DNA of 63,957 nt, the filler included, from Nemertoderma westbladi (taxonomy: Eukaryota > Animalia > Xenacoelomorpha), in NCBI GenBank assembly GCA_032718475.1. It is 3 parts of 3 records of this genome, joined end to end, with 100 filler letters (N's around TTAATTAATTAA, not from the genome) between each part and the next. Parts side by side here need not be neighbours in the genome. Positions count along the whole stretch, not along the records: positions 49,947 to 63,957 come from JAUCBJ010007372.1; 2 more parts are not named here. One strand, given 5' to 3'. How positions within the stretch are numbered: position 1 is the first letter of the stretch; the number at the start of each line of letters is the position of its first letter. Made by a program: the position numbers and the translations under genes. Below the pieces are notes generated by a model. It was not told the DNA's origin. It saw only the letters and a program-made list of their open reading frames with translations, and made no database searches. Below, piece after piece: positions 63,256-63,957 of this stretch.

Positions 63256-63957
63256 TATTAAAAGCGATTTTAAATTATACCGAAAGTGAGCAAAATTTAA
63301 TGATTTATTTAACTTCCGGCGGTTAACTTTAAGGAAGCCGAACTGAGACGCTTTTAATTAGGAAGGCCAGAGGCTGTTTGCCCAAGCAGGGTTTATTCTT
63401 TGTAATACTTTATAATGCGTTACCGCGTTAATCAGACGCTCGACTATTAAAAATGTTTAGTTATTACAATGTATGTAAGGCCGACAAATTTGTTGAATAA
63501 ATAAATTGGTAAAGGGGGGGATTATCAAGCTGATACACCATTTAATATTACTTAACTAGTCTATAAGTAGATATATAAATATTTACAAGAGAAACATTCA
63601 TCACTTTACCACTAGAAACTATATTACAGCAATCCCATAAGGCCGTACAGACAGAATTGGCAGTCTATACACGGATACGGTATATTCAAGGTGTACTAAA
63701 TTATTAGTACCGGTACACCTTGGGTATATTACACTAAACAAAGAATAAAAAGAAGAAGAGGGCACAAAGTAAACTCAATAATGCAATAATATTGTACATC
63801 GAAAAACACTAGGCCTAGTGCTGAAAAACAAAGGATTAAAGTTCAACTTTGCACTGACAAAACACACTATAAAACACGATCACAAATGAAAATCTCTCCA
63901 GCTCTCAGTAAGGCTGTAGGATAGATATTAAGATATATTATAACTATTTACTAAATT

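Noticed and set aside
62822-63326. Repetitive ORFs (VERVGAD / GLMWNGL)
   Set aside because: Translations of a 21-bp minisatellite open in several frames; no coding evidence.

Overview
This is AT-rich eukaryotic (probably invertebrate) DNA made almost entirely of nested transposable elements. No host gene is recognisable, and there are two 100-nt scaffold gaps. One unusual BEL/Pao LTR-retrotransposon family dominates, with six copies or fragments; one is complete (26688-39694, TTGGC TSD). The family has ~1.15-kb LTRs, a 2-3 kb 5' leader, a pol lacking RT, and an extra non-Env ORF after pol. Main observation: the family has no tRNA primer-binding site. Instead, the 11-12 nt directly after each 5' LTR are exactly complementary to 11-12 nt inside the same LTR, and two diverged copies show four compensatory changes. 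This points to Tf1-like self-priming in a BEL/Pao element. The ~700 nt between primer and PBS is conserved and shows covarying helices. The extra ORF has constant ends around an exchangeable central module, and one version hides three Cys/His knuckles. Also present: a near-intact GalEa-type Copia, a Neptune-type Penelope with an inverted pLTR and a possible hammerhead, RTE and CR1/L2 LINE fragments, a MULE fragment, a Gypsy-like 5' end, Helitron/HINE-like and TIR elements, tRNA-derived SINEs and minisatellites. All calls are from reading by eye; no searches were run.
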